Source: a virus | Lineage: Duplodnaviria; Caudoviricetes | Length of the DNA: 64,000 nucleotides | IMG/VR virus record: IMGVR_UViG_3300029309_000018 | Span: 1,639-65,638 of that record | Strand: one strand, 5' to 3' | Shown here: in pieces, positions 45,581 to 55,524 of the stretch | Numbering within the stretch: position 1 is the first letter of the stretch | Layout: each line of letters starts with the position of its first letter | Translations under genes and position numbers: made by a program | The notes under the pieces: model-generated | Databases searched by the model: none | The model's input: only the letters and a program-made list of their open reading frames with translations | Told to the model about the DNA's origin: nothing

Positions 45581-46887
45581 GCTGGCAGCATTTTCTCCTG
45601 TGGCACTTGATCAGGTTGTGACTCCTTGCCAGTTCTAAGTTTTCTAACTCTATCCATCATTTCATAAAGAGCATCAGAGCCAGCGTCAGAAGAACCGTTG
45701 CCAAGACCACTGACCACATCAGCAGGCACAATAAACTCACCATCTGAAAGAACAACATCTTGCTCGCCCTCTAGTGTGGCTGGAACCATATCATCCATGC
45801 CATCGCCAACGCCTCTTACCATGCCCTCTTCTACCATCGCATCCCTTGCGAACTCACCTCTCTGAACACGGCCTACAAGATCTCTAAGGGCTTCTTCGCC
45901 ATATCTTGCTACAAAAGCGGCCAAAGCGATCTCTGGCGACTCAACACGACCTTCGATAGCATCTACAGCGTTGCTAATAAGCTCTTTGTCGTTTGGCTCC
46001 GGCATCATGCCGCCCTCTTGCCTTCTTAACAGATCTCCAGTAATGCCCGGCCGACTTAATTCTCTCATAATTAAATCCATTTCTGTTTGCTGGGCTTTAG
46101 TTGTATATTCGTCATCTGGCCCAAGCGCCTCCAGCCTATCCATAAGTCCTAATCGTTCCTCTTTTGTTAATACTTTGCCGCCTCTTCCATATTTAAGAGA
46201 TGCTAATCCACCGTCTGCAAAATAACTAAACTCTTCATCAAATCCGGGCCTATAATCAGAACCCGGATTTTTGAGGTCGTACACAGCAGCCTCTGCCTCT
46301 GGTATGTCTCTTCTTGGCTTTTTAGCCAGACCCTCTAACCCCTGTGGTGCTAATAAATTAGATCCTGCCAAGGCGGTAGATCCTAGCTGACCTGCTGTAA
46401 ATGGCAAATTAGCACCTTTAAAACCAGCCGTTAGACTTCCGGGGGTTTGCGTTGCCGCTGTGGGATCAGAGAATATACCGGTACTAGGTGCAGTAGATGC
46501 GGCTGTTGTTGACGCTGTTGGTATGGGAACATTAGTCAACCCAACACCACCTTGAGCAACTGGACTTCCAAATGACGCTGGCTGAACGTAGGTAGATGGA
46601 TTTACAAAATCAGCGGCACCCTCTACCCCCATACCAGAAACTGCCTCTGGACCTGCGGTCAAACTTTCAACTGCTGTTGGATCGGCTCCACTACCCATCA
46701 AAGAGCCTAATGCTTTACCACCAAGATAAGACATAAGACCTGTTTGTATTCCTTGCCCTAGATTACCTGTTTGCAAGTATGACCCTAATCCAGATCCGAT
46801 TGAACCAGCGGCTAATGCACCAAGACCGCCAGCTAAACCAGCACCCCCTAAAGCCGCTCCCCCTGCTCCTAGTAATAGTGGTAACAT
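45577..46887 (-). CDS. Internal virion/ejection protein
   Basis: 436 aa; Gly-zipper N-terminus; C-terminal GVGDGMDDMVPA...LSDGEFIVPADVV domain. Confidence 0.7.
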   Translation of the reverse strand: MLPLLLGAGGAALGGAGLAGGLGALAAGSIGSGLGSYLQTGNLGQGIQTGLMSYLGGKALGSLMGSGADPTAVESLTAGPEAVSGMGVEGAADFVNPSTYVQPASFGSPVAQGGVGLTNVPIPTASTTAASTAPSTGIFSDPTAATQTPGSLTAGFKGANLPFTAGQLGSTALAGSNLLAPQGLEGLAKKPRRDIPEAEAAVYDLKNPGSDYRPGFDEEFSYFADGGLASLKYGRGGKVLTKEERLGLMDRLEALGPDDEYTTKAQQTEMDLIMRELSRPGITGDLLRRQEGGMMPEPNDKELISNAVDAIEGRVESPEIALAAFVARYGEEALRDLVGRVQRGEFARDAMVEEGMVRGVGDGMDDMVPATLEGEQDVVLSDGEFIVPADVVSGLGNGSSDAGSDALYEMMDRVRKLRTGKESQPDQVPQEKMLPA

Positions 46888-46896
46888 TACTCGCTC

Positions 46897-47307
46897 CTAT
46901 ATATCTGCATATTCGGCCTTGGCATCAAACGATGGGCAGGCTTTATCAGCAAAATCTCTATGACCATATATTACAGAATCTGGATATTTATCCAATAGCT
47001 CTGACAGTAAATTTATCATTTCCGCTTTTTGTTCTTCGGTGCGTGTGTCTTTAGGATCTCTGTCAACGTCAGTACCACCAACATAGCAGATCCCGATGCT
47101 ATCAGAGTTATGGCCCCTACAGTGAGCGCCAGTGATTTCTTCAGGACGACCCAAATGGCGTGAGCCATCCAGTTCAATGACCCAATGATAGCCAATATCA
47201 CTCCATCCGCGTTCTTCAGTGTGCCATCTCTTTATTTCAGTCGTGCTGACATCACGACCCTCTGGTGTTGCCGAACAATGAACGATGATCTTCTTAATAT
47301 CTCTCAT
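46897..47307 (-). CDS. N-acetylmuramoyl-L-alanine amidase (T7 lysozyme-like endolysin)
   Basis: IIVHCSAT, GWSDIGYH, GAHCRGHN, SIGICYVGG, GHRD, KACPSF. Confidence 0.92.
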   Translation of the reverse strand: MRDIKKIIVHCSATPEGRDVSTTEIKRWHTEERGWSDIGYHWVIELDGSRHLGRPEEITGAHCRGHNSDSIGICYVGGTDVDRDPKDTRTEEQKAEMINLLSELLDKYPDSVIYGHRDFADKACPSFDAKAEYADI

Positions 47308-47351
47308 GAGATTACTGTCTCCTATTCACGATGATTGTATCATCTTTGTGT

Positions 47352-47747
47352 CTATTTCGTAAGCCCTTTGACCTTTTCCACGGTTCTGAGTCCCCCTAAA
47401 CCCAACATTCCCAGCAAAACAGTCATGAGACTATCCATATCAAAAGTAGGAAGATCAGGTGCTTCCATGCCAGCATATGCAAAACCGAAGATAATCATAG
47501 GAGCAAAAACAAAATGCCATATCATTGCAAAAGCTAGCCCCCACCCCAAAAACGGCCTCCAACCTGCCACAAATATACTTCTGTGTTGGGCCTCTGCCTT
47601 ATTTATTTCTATTTGGCCCATGTTGGCTTCATGCATCTGCTTTTCAGCCATAGTGGCGATTTCATGAGCTAACTTATTTTTTTGATCTTTATCTTCTATA
47701 AACTTATCTAGAAGACCCGTAACTGGTCCTATTAGCGCTTGTATCAT
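47352..47747 (-). CDS. Holin (3TM, GTA-holin-like)
   Basis: EAQHRSIFVAGWRPFLGW...LGMLGLGGLRTVEK; adjacent to the amidase. Confidence 0.75.
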   Translation of the reverse strand: MIQALIGPVTGLLDKFIEDKDQKNKLAHEIATMAEKQMHEANMGQIEINKAEAQHRSIFVAGWRPFLGWGLAFAMIWHFVFAPMIIFGFAYAGMEAPDLPTFDMDSLMTVLLGMLGLGGLRTVEKVKGLTK

Positions 47748-47956
47748 TCGTCCTCCAAAATTTCTAAAATCTCGCCAGCTTCAAGTCTTACTTTAAGTTG
47801 TTTGCATGACCACTTTTTATCAAAGTCAGCAGTATGCCCCACATTTCTTTTTATCTTACGGCGTATGTTCAGGCATTCAGACAGGTTCTTGTATGGCGTA
47901 TATTCAACTCGCTCTTCACCTATCATCAACAGCAAAACAAAAGTCATCTCAATCAT
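47744..47956 (-). CDS. Hypothetical protein
   Basis: 70 aa in operon. Confidence 0.55.
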   Translation of the reverse strand: MIEMTFVLLLMIGEERVEYTPYKNLSECLNIRRKIKRNVGHTADFDKKWSCKQLKVRLEAGEILEILEDE

Positions 47957-48345
47957 TCTTGATTCACCAACTTTTCTATGTTGTCTTCAATTTTGGTCAA
48001 GCGCCTGTCGTAAAATTCAAGCACCAGCTTTTGCTGTTGATCGTGTGGTGCGTTTCCTGATTCTATGCTTTCTGCCAGTTTCTCCAACTCACTAGCCAGA
48101 TGTTCAATCATCATGAATTGTTCAGAGTCTGCGGGCAAACTACCCATTTCGCCTCTAGGCCATTTGATACGGAACTCTGTGTTCATGCCTAAATCTGTTT
48201 CCATAAGAATAAGTTTATTCTCAATCGTGTTTAAACGCTCAATAACTCCGAAGTATGCCCATGTTCCCACTGTTGCCGCTATCAGCAAAGCAATCAGATT
48301 ACGGATGGGCATCGCAAGTTCGGTGTTTTCACTCAGCTTTGGCAT
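47953..48345 (-). CDS. Hypothetical membrane-anchored protein
   Basis: 130 aa; TM helix and coiled coil; WPRGEMGSLPADSEQ. Confidence 0.65.
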   Translation of the reverse strand: MPKLSENTELAMPIRNLIALLIAATVGTWAYFGVIERLNTIENKLILMETDLGMNTEFRIKWPRGEMGSLPADSEQFMMIEHLASELEKLAESIESGNAPHDQQQKLVLEFYDRRLTKIEDNIEKLVNQE

Positions 48346-48516
48346 CTGTGATGATCACCCATTGAACCGTATTTGGAGTGCTTTCTGTTCTAAAGTTACC
48401 TGCAAGATCCCAGTTTATATTATCTTTTATAACCTCTTGTTTCTCTTCACCTGTAACATGACCGTGTATCATTGCGGCCAACATAACTGCTATTATAATA
48501 TTTTCCATAACTCATC

Positions 48517-48837
48517 CTATTTTTTAGACATCCATGCTGTGGTTCCCATATAAGCGCCAACGATGCCTGCTCCACTCAAGAAGATAAGGTCTGTGACGGC
48601 CCCTAACCCCTGTAGCTTTTCTGGTGAACACCAAGGGGACGCTAAAAATACCGCATAGAAACCCATGAATATTAATGTGTATCTAGCCATCCTGAGTTGC
48701 GCCAGATTTTTGCGAAGTTCTGTTTCTGTCTTCTTTATTTCTTTGACATGAGAAAGTTCTGAGTCGCTAACAATGCCATCACCGTCTTCGTCATATTCTG
48801 AATATATGCTGTCTTTCTGTAATTTTTTTTGTGCCAT
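48517..48837 (-). CDS. Membrane protein with EF-hand-like motif
   Basis: DEDGDGIVSDSE followed by two TM helices. Confidence 0.6.
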   Translation of the reverse strand: MAQKKLQKDSIYSEYDEDGDGIVSDSELSHVKEIKKTETELRKNLAQLRMARYTLIFMGFYAVFLASPWCSPEKLQGLGAVTDLIFLSGAGIVGAYMGTTAWMSKK

Positions 48838-48854
48838 AAAGTTACCTATAACTT

Positions 48855-49145
48855 TTACGATACAGAAACAGAAACAGTGCCTAATGAAACAGTGACTGAA
48901 ACACTTCCTGAATGTATCTCGTTAGCTCCGATAATTTTTAAAAAACCTCCGTCAGATATAAATATATCTCCTTGCGCCAGAAGATTGTTATTACCGTCAG
49001 TAGGTATCTCCTGTAAATTTAGTTGTGGATTTTGAGCCTGCCTCAAAAATATTTCTAACGCCCTTACTAAATCGCTTATGTATTTGGCATCTATCTCTTT
49101 TGGTGCGGTTGGCAGTCTTGGAAATGGAGTTACGTTAGTAGCCAT
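48855..49145 (-). CDS. Hypothetical virion protein
   Basis: 96 aa following the nozzle gene. Confidence 0.6.
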   Translation of the reverse strand: MATNVTPFPRLPTAPKEIDAKYISDLVRALEIFLRQAQNPQLNLQEIPTDGNNNLLAQGDIFISDGGFLKIIGANEIHSGSVSVTVSLGTVSVSVS

Positions 49146-51031
49146 TATCTTTTACCATCTTGCCTGACATCGACTCTAGGACTTCCTAGCCTCCACCTTA
49201 CACCTATTGTGTTACAGTCTACCTTTATTGAAAAGGCTCTACCCCTGAGTCTAACATCAGCTTTATTAGTATATTGCTCAAACGGAACAGTCGTAGATGT
49301 AGACGTCCTGTCTATTTGACTTATATCCGACTGTAGAAAATTACCGCCGGGAAAGTTGTTTGCTTGTAAAGTCACATTTACCTTTGGATCTGTTGTAGTT
49401 GACCCGTTAAACGTAAAGTCTGGTATTACTCTGGTTATGAAAGAAAATTTATCGCCATCACCCATATCCATAGGACTAGACTCTATTGATGAAATCATTG
49501 CAGAGCCATCATCACTGTATCCGCTCTCGTGATTGTATAAAAATTCACCCTCAGCAGCTATTGGAAAGTCTCTTATACCCTTATCTATGAATGCAGATCT
49601 GTTAAGATTTCCGTAATACCAAGTGCCTTCAGCATAATTATATATTACATATCTATCGTTTTCTCCCGTTCCACTATTAGCTAATGAGTTTGTGTCAGAA
49701 GTGTAAAACCAGATAACCTCGCTAAATTCTGAATTTACTCCGGCGAACACTTTGTCAGCCTGATCAAAATCAAAATCAAAGAAAACCCTCTCTCTTACAG
49801 AGCATGGCAGTTGTTTTGTTTGACCATCATAAACGTAAAAATTCTGCCTACCCATCCAATAAACAGAATCCTCAACGGCTATCGCTGAATTTGGACCCAT
49901 TATAGTAATATTAGAAGCTATGGGCTGTATGCCAAATGTAAACGGAGCGCCAATAAACTGCATAGAATGAACAGAGCTGTCTGTTATAATTATTATTTCT
50001 CTTTTGGTTTCTATGGCTTTGACAAACTTGGAACCAGATCCTATGCGAAGATCTCCAGCAGTATTTGTTGATGTAGGATTCCAGTCTAGAAAAGACTCTT
50101 GATCAGAAAACCTTATCAGAAGAGGATCTTGATCCGACTGACCCAATGGATTAGCGCCAAATGCTATTACATGTCTGTCAACATCAGAAACCATAATCTG
50201 TTTAGCTATTGTCGGACACTCGTTAGCCCCTGCTATTGATTGTATTTCTACAGCTCTTGTTGTAACTCCATTGCTTTTATCCCAATGATATATGGAACTA
50301 TCTCTGGGGTTTATTAAAAGATCCTCACCAAAATTGTCCTGACTCCATATTCTAAGAGATGTGGTAACATTTATTGTTGTTCCAGAACCCCAAGTGCCTC
50401 TGCCCCAAGTTCCGGCTCCCCATCCGTTTCCCCCAACGCCTGTGTTTAGACCAGCATTTATTTGATAAACGCCATCAACAGCAGCGCCTCCATTTCCAGA
50501 GTCACTAGCATTTGCTATGACCGCGTTACCACTCGTATCTTTTGCTGAAATAGTATAAGTGGTAGCTGTTGGCACAGAAATTATTTCATATTCTTGATTT
50601 AGAACTGCTGCCGTTACCAACCCGCCTAGACTAACAGCATCAGCAAAAGTCACAAAATCTCCGACCGAAGCACCATGACCAGAATCAGTCACGGTTATTG
50701 TCGATGAACCGTTTGTCGCAGAAAATGTTACACCGTTTGTTGTTGTTTTTCTAATTGGTGTTATATCGTTAAACGCCTGACCCTGTTCTATGTAGTACTT
50801 AGACTCTGTCCCAACTCCAAGGAAATCAGATCCGTCCAAGGCAACCCAGTTAAATAATCCTCTAACGGTGCCTATGTATGTATTCTCTGAATACTTTTCC
50901 CAGCCACCAATAACCTCTGGATACCCCTGCCTAAATCTAATTAGGTCACAGTCTACCCATCCTCCCTCATTAGAGTAAGATGTAATATCCCTGTTTATTC
51001 CGGGGGTAAATTGCAGTTTGCTTAAAGCCAC
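49145..51031 (-). CDS. Tail nozzle / DNA stabilization protein (P22 gp10-like)
   Basis: 628 aa beta-propeller-like; NFGEDLL, IRFSDQE, AGDLRIGSGS, WRLGSPRVDVRQDGKR. Confidence 0.7.
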   Translation of the reverse strand: MALSKLQFTPGINRDITSYSNEGGWVDCDLIRFRQGYPEVIGGWEKYSENTYIGTVRGLFNWVALDGSDFLGVGTESKYYIEQGQAFNDITPIRKTTTNGVTFSATNGSSTITVTDSGHGASVGDFVTFADAVSLGGLVTAAVLNQEYEIISVPTATTYTISAKDTSGNAVIANASDSGNGGAAVDGVYQINAGLNTGVGGNGWGAGTWGRGTWGSGTTINVTTSLRIWSQDNFGEDLLINPRDSSIYHWDKSNGVTTRAVEIQSIAGANECPTIAKQIMVSDVDRHVIAFGANPLGQSDQDPLLIRFSDQESFLDWNPTSTNTAGDLRIGSGSKFVKAIETKREIIIITDSSVHSMQFIGAPFTFGIQPIASNITIMGPNSAIAVEDSVYWMGRQNFYVYDGQTKQLPCSVRERVFFDFDFDQADKVFAGVNSEFSEVIWFYTSDTNSLANSGTGENDRYVIYNYAEGTWYYGNLNRSAFIDKGIRDFPIAAEGEFLYNHESGYSDDGSAMISSIESSPMDMGDGDKFSFITRVIPDFTFNGSTTTDPKVNVTLQANNFPGGNFLQSDISQIDRTSTSTTVPFEQYTNKADVRLRGRAFSIKVDCNTIGVRWRLGSPRVDVRQDGKR

Positions 51032-51042
51032 AGATATTCCCC

Positions 51043-51615
51043 TTATATTTCATCAGGCCAGTCATTTATTTTAGCAATAGTTTTTAAACTACCATCTGAG
51101 TTCATTTCATTCTCAAACAATGCCATAAACGCCGCTAGGTCAGACGCACCATTCAAAGCAGTCTCTATCTCTCCGCATTTAGTGCGAACAGCATCTCTGT
51201 ATGTAGTAACTGAACTCGGTATGGCGGTAGACTTTTCTGCTTTACGAGTAACATACCAGTCATGCACGGCTAGTTTGTTATTTGCTGTTTCTTTTGTCTG
51301 TGCGACCCAAATAGACTTGAGGCCAAGCGTTACCATCTGCTTACCAGTCATGGGGTCATTAACAGCTTTGCCATCTTCATCAACAACATTCACATCTGTT
51401 AGACTTTTTGGGATTAAAGTGCCATCAGTTTCCCTGCCCCAATAAAATTTATTATCATACGGAGCGGCTGATGCCGGTGAGTCTTCCCATGTAATACCAA
51501 CAGCTTTCTTTTCGTCAGCGGTCAATCGCATCCAGACTTTTGAGAACTGTTGACCATTTACACCAATGAACTCTCGCCCTTCTCTGATCGTTTGTCCGTT
51601 ATATTTCCACGGCAT
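51043..51615 (-). CDS. Tail fiber-associated protein
   Basis: 190 aa; DWYVTRKAE...YRDAVRT...WPDE, resembling tail fiber assembly proteins. Confidence 0.6.
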   Translation of the reverse strand: MPWKYNGQTIREGREFIGVNGQQFSKVWMRLTADEKKAVGITWEDSPASAAPYDNKFYWGRETDGTLIPKSLTDVNVVDEDGKAVNDPMTGKQMVTLGLKSIWVAQTKETANNKLAVHDWYVTRKAEKSTAIPSSVTTYRDAVRTKCGEIETALNGASDLAAFMALFENEMNSDGSLKTIAKINDWPDEI

Positions 51616-51626
51616 TTTATATTCTC

Positions 51627-54125
51627 CTATCGTGCGTTCGCAAATTTAACTGGTGCTTCGGCCACTGCATAAAAAATATAGTTAGCAGATTCATTAATTC
51701 TATTGGTAGTAGAACCTGCACTATTGCCATGCACCATAAAACCATTGCTAAAAAGTTCTATATTTCTGTTTGAACTGTATCCTGTTTCTGCGTGGTTTGC
51801 ACTCCAGTAAAGTCTAGCCGTATCACCATTGAAACTAGATGCTCTTTTATTATCGGTAACAACCCAATCTCCAGTAGTGCTAGAAGCCTTCACCGTGACC
51901 AGTGAAGGTCTGAAACCTGTATAGACAAATGTGCCATTGCTATAATTTTGAGCGTTTCCGTTATAGGAACCAACCTTGCTGTAGCCTTCAACGCTGTGGA
52001 AACAGTACATGATAAAATCATCACCGCTTTCATTTGTGGTGTTTCTTATACTTGTGTTTGATCCAATGCCTAGAGTAACAGTAGTAGCATCACCCGATGT
52101 GGGCTTCATTAAAGCCGAACCAGTAAATTGTGCTGTTGTCGATAGATAAGCATAATCATCACCAACAACTGACGATGATGCCTGCCAATTATTATTGTTA
52201 CTGTTAGTGTCTCGATCTTTGATGAATATTAGTTCTGGTGCGCTGGACAAACCGTGTTTAATTGTCTGACCAGTTATTGCGCCACCATTGCCAGTGTACG
52301 AAATTATACTTAATCCAGCGGTAGTGTTTATAGAAGCCCCTGTTGGAGTTATATCACCCCCACTGAGACTAGCATCGGATGCAGAACTATAACCAGTGCC
52401 ATCAATATTAAAAGTATCCGCACCACCACCTGCTTTCCAAGTCCACGCAACGTATGTTGCGCTGTTGACTGCAAAATCACCTGAAACAAGTCGCAATGAA
52501 CTACTTGTTGTAACAATGTTTTGACTAGATTGGAAACTGCCGTTATAAGCCTCTGCTCCATTAGTGCTAGGACTTAATGATTTTGACGCACCAAACCCAC
52601 GCACTATGTCTTGCACAAAATGCTGGTCAGTTCCGCTTCTTCGCTTCAACCAAACCCAATCAGCGGCAAATGTATTTGTGACTGTCACATCATTGTCAGC
52701 ATCACCCGTGTACAATATAATGTTAAAATTATCGTCAGCCTGTTCAGTTTGTCCGGGGCCGATTGTTACGTCTGGTAAGTTAGATGTGCAAAGGGCTAGT
52801 GCACCTGATGGCGGTTGCCATTTAAAGTCCCCAATGCCATTAGCATCTGAATAACCGCCAGATGTTGTTTCGCCAGCAAATGTACCATCTTGCCCAAAAT
52901 TAAAAAAACCCACCTCACTTGAAGTGCCGCCGCCCATACCAACATATGGTATCCAATCTTTATCTGAAACCGACACAGTTGAGCCAAATGCACCACCATT
53001 TACAGACCACGAAATAGTATTAGCATCCGCGTCAAATAAAACAGAACATCCTTCATTTTCATCCCAACCTGTTATGGAATCGTATGCTGTTCTAGTTCCT
53101 TCAACATTCTTTTCACCATTTTTAGAAAAAAGAGTGATCCCGGTGTTATAGCCGCCTCTATCACTACCATCTATATCAACAGTCGGTACATTGATGCCCA
53201 CAGCGTGTATCTCGTTATCAGTAGGGTAGTTAAATGATTTTGACCAATGTTCCCAATACCACTTACCAGATTTAGGCAAAAGAAAGTTAGCAACAACACC
53301 ACGATTATTTGTTGATGTTGAGTGCTTCAAATTTCCCTTACTGAGGGTTAAATTAAGGTGTCGAAAATTTGCATTTATCGTAGCAAAATTATTAGTCGGA
53401 CTGTCTGGCACTACATCGCTTGCGACTAGACCACTTACAGTGAAATTATGACTAAGACCTGAAGAATCAGCACCTATTGAACTGCTATCTGAAAAATTTA
53501 AATGAAAACCAGTTGTTCCATAAGATCCAGAGTATGCTTTAGGTATCCACACTCCGTCTTTTGTTTCGCCAAAAGATGTTGGATCAAGGGCAGAACCATC
53601 AACGAAATGAAACTCTGCTAAATACCCATTAAGGTCTTGAGCATGATCTAATCTACCACTGATCAATTGCTCTGTGTCTGCGGTTAAATATCCATTTGGG
53701 TTAGAGCTAAATGTGGAAGTTGAATACGTTTGTTCTGTTCCATTAACATATATTTTATATGCCTGACCATTTCTTTGCCAAACTATATGATACCATGCGC
53801 TAACATCTCTAAATTTAGCGTTAGTTGTAAAATTCGCTACTGTTGAGTTGCTAACAGTTAATATGGCTCTTAAAGTGTCATCGTTAACAAAACGTATGCC
53901 TTCAAAATTATTGCCTCCATTCCACGGACCAGCAGAGAAAATGTATTGATGTGATGTTAATCCTGAACGCTTTACCCAAAAACTTGTTGTGTAGACTGTT
54001 GTGTTTCCAGCTTCGCCTGTGTTTCTGGTTAAGTATCCAACAGCATCAAAACGCAAAGATTGGTCAATCGTGTGTGGGTAAAACCCAGCGCTAGGGTTTG
54101 TGAACCATTTGTCGGGGCTAAACAT
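51627..54125 (-). CDS. Tail fiber / receptor-binding protein with ConA-like (LamG) and SPRY-like domains
   Basis: 832 aa; FRDVSAWYHIV, DSPTNNFAT, GKWYWE, repeated SIISYTGNG/HGLSSAPE/FVYTGFRP blocks. Confidence 0.75.
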   Translation of the reverse strand: MFSPDKWFTNPSAGFYPHTIDQSLRFDAVGYLTRNTGEAGNTTVYTTSFWVKRSGLTSHQYIFSAGPWNGGNNFEGIRFVNDDTLRAILTVSNSTVANFTTNAKFRDVSAWYHIVWQRNGQAYKIYVNGTEQTYSTSTFSSNPNGYLTADTEQLISGRLDHAQDLNGYLAEFHFVDGSALDPTSFGETKDGVWIPKAYSGSYGTTGFHLNFSDSSSIGADSSGLSHNFTVSGLVASDVVPDSPTNNFATINANFRHLNLTLSKGNLKHSTSTNNRGVVANFLLPKSGKWYWEHWSKSFNYPTDNEIHAVGINVPTVDIDGSDRGGYNTGITLFSKNGEKNVEGTRTAYDSITGWDENEGCSVLFDADANTISWSVNGGAFGSTVSVSDKDWIPYVGMGGGTSSEVGFFNFGQDGTFAGETTSGGYSDANGIGDFKWQPPSGALALCTSNLPDVTIGPGQTEQADDNFNIILYTGDADNDVTVTNTFAADWVWLKRRSGTDQHFVQDIVRGFGASKSLSPSTNGAEAYNGSFQSSQNIVTTSSSLRLVSGDFAVNSATYVAWTWKAGGGADTFNIDGTGYSSASDASLSGGDITPTGASINTTAGLSIISYTGNGGAITGQTIKHGLSSAPELIFIKDRDTNSNNNNWQASSSVVGDDYAYLSTTAQFTGSALMKPTSGDATTVTLGIGSNTSIRNTTNESGDDFIMYCFHSVEGYSKVGSYNGNAQNYSNGTFVYTGFRPSLVTVKASSTTGDWVVTDNKRASSFNGDTARLYWSANHAETGYSSNRNIELFSNGFMVHGNSAGSTTNRINESANYIFYAVAEAPVKFANAR

Positions 54126-55492
54126 TATGCAAACGCCAGTTGTGCTGCGCCAAGTAAAATACTGTTATCTGCTTTCACAATATAAGGCAAAACATCATAA
54201 GCGTTGTTTGCAGATGACAGAGTGATACCACCAGCCGCAGGGCTTTCGTAATCACCATGCAACGACAGCGTTGCAGCAGAACCACTTGACGGTTGAATAA
54301 GTATTATAGCGCCTGTTTGCCCAATCTGACTGGCTTCAGTAGTTGGCGCAGCAAGAGTGTTAGAACCAGAAGCTAGTGTAATTATAAAGTTTTGATATGT
54401 ATCAAAGTCAAGCACACCGCTAGTTGCTGATAGTGCCGCAGTATAGGTGCTTGGCACTTGTGCTTTCGTAAACGTGCTTTGTGCGTTTGTTGCTACAATA
54501 TTCGCGGCAGCTAAACCAGTAAGCTGTGATGCAGCTATGCTTTTGTTTGTGAGTGTTTGCGTTGCTACAGTGCTGACTAGTTCACCGTCACCGCCGGGCG
54601 GTAGCGTAAGGGTATTTGTCACACTGGCAGAGTGCGGTTGCGCCTTGACTGTTTGACCATGAGTATTTACTTCACAGTTAAATACAATGGTACCGGGGTT
54701 TGTATTACCTTTAAGAACAGTTTTACCAGTACCGTTTGGATTCAACTCAATATCAGCATTAGATGTGGTGACAATATCTTTGCCATTCATATCTAAATCA
54801 CCGCCAAGTTGCGGTGTTGTATCTGCAATAAGTTCAGCCAACCCACCACCAGCAGGGCCAGTTGCGCCTGTTGCACCAGCCGGAATACCCAAAGCTATGG
54901 CAAGCGCACCTGTTGCTCCTGTGTATGTGGCTGACGCTGTAGGCGTAGCCCCAGCAGACAAACCAGATGCTGACACTGTAACAGAGTCAACCTTGCCCTC
55001 AGTGACTGTTAAATCACCACTGCCATCAAAACTCAGTATCTTGTTTGCACGATCAGTTGCACCAACTGTAAATTCAGCAGTGGCAATCACATTTGTTTTT
55101 GACAGTTTGATTGCGCGGCCAATCTCTTCTTCCAACTCTTGCACAATAAATGTCAGTTTATCTAAAGCATCTTCATGCGTAGCTGCTGGGAAAGGATCGT
55201 TAGCCACATAGTCTGTAAGCTGAGTCCTGGCTGTTGTGCGTAGCAACACAACTGTCTCGCCGCTTGCTGGTATGTTGCCAGAAGTAAATACAACATTGCC
55301 ACCACTAGCACTTCCAACACCTGTTACATTGTAGTGAGTTGTTTTAGTCTTAGTGGTTTCCGCACCTGTCGAGTCAGTACGAATGATGACTGTAATATCA
55401 TCATCATCAAAGATCTTAAAGTTATACGAAAACGTATCGTTAGATCCGTCACCGCTAGCGCTTCTTTTGGTTGTTGTGCTACTAACTGTCAT
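54125..55492 (-). CDS. Tail fiber protein with T7 gp17-like N-terminal anchor
   Basis: 455 aa; GDGSNDTFSYNFKIF...HEDALDKLT, short collagen-like stretch, DTTPQLGGDLD. Confidence 0.75.
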   Translation of the reverse strand: MTVSSTTTKRSASGDGSNDTFSYNFKIFDDDDITVIIRTDSTGAETTKTKTTHYNVTGVGSASGGNVVFTSGNIPASGETVVLLRTTARTQLTDYVANDPFPAATHEDALDKLTFIVQELEEEIGRAIKLSKTNVIATAEFTVGATDRANKILSFDGSGDLTVTEGKVDSVTVSASGLSAGATPTASATYTGATGALAIALGIPAGATGATGPAGGGLAELIADTTPQLGGDLDMNGKDIVTTSNADIELNPNGTGKTVLKGNTNPGTIVFNCEVNTHGQTVKAQPHSASVTNTLTLPPGGDGELVSTVATQTLTNKSIAASQLTGLAAANIVATNAQSTFTKAQVPSTYTAALSATSGVLDFDTYQNFIITLASGSNTLAAPTTEASQIGQTGAIILIQPSSGSAATLSLHGDYESPAAGGITLSSANNAYDVLPYIVKADNSILLGAAQLAFA

Positions 55493-55524
55493 ATCAATCT
55501 CCAGTAGCTATGTAATCTAGCAGA

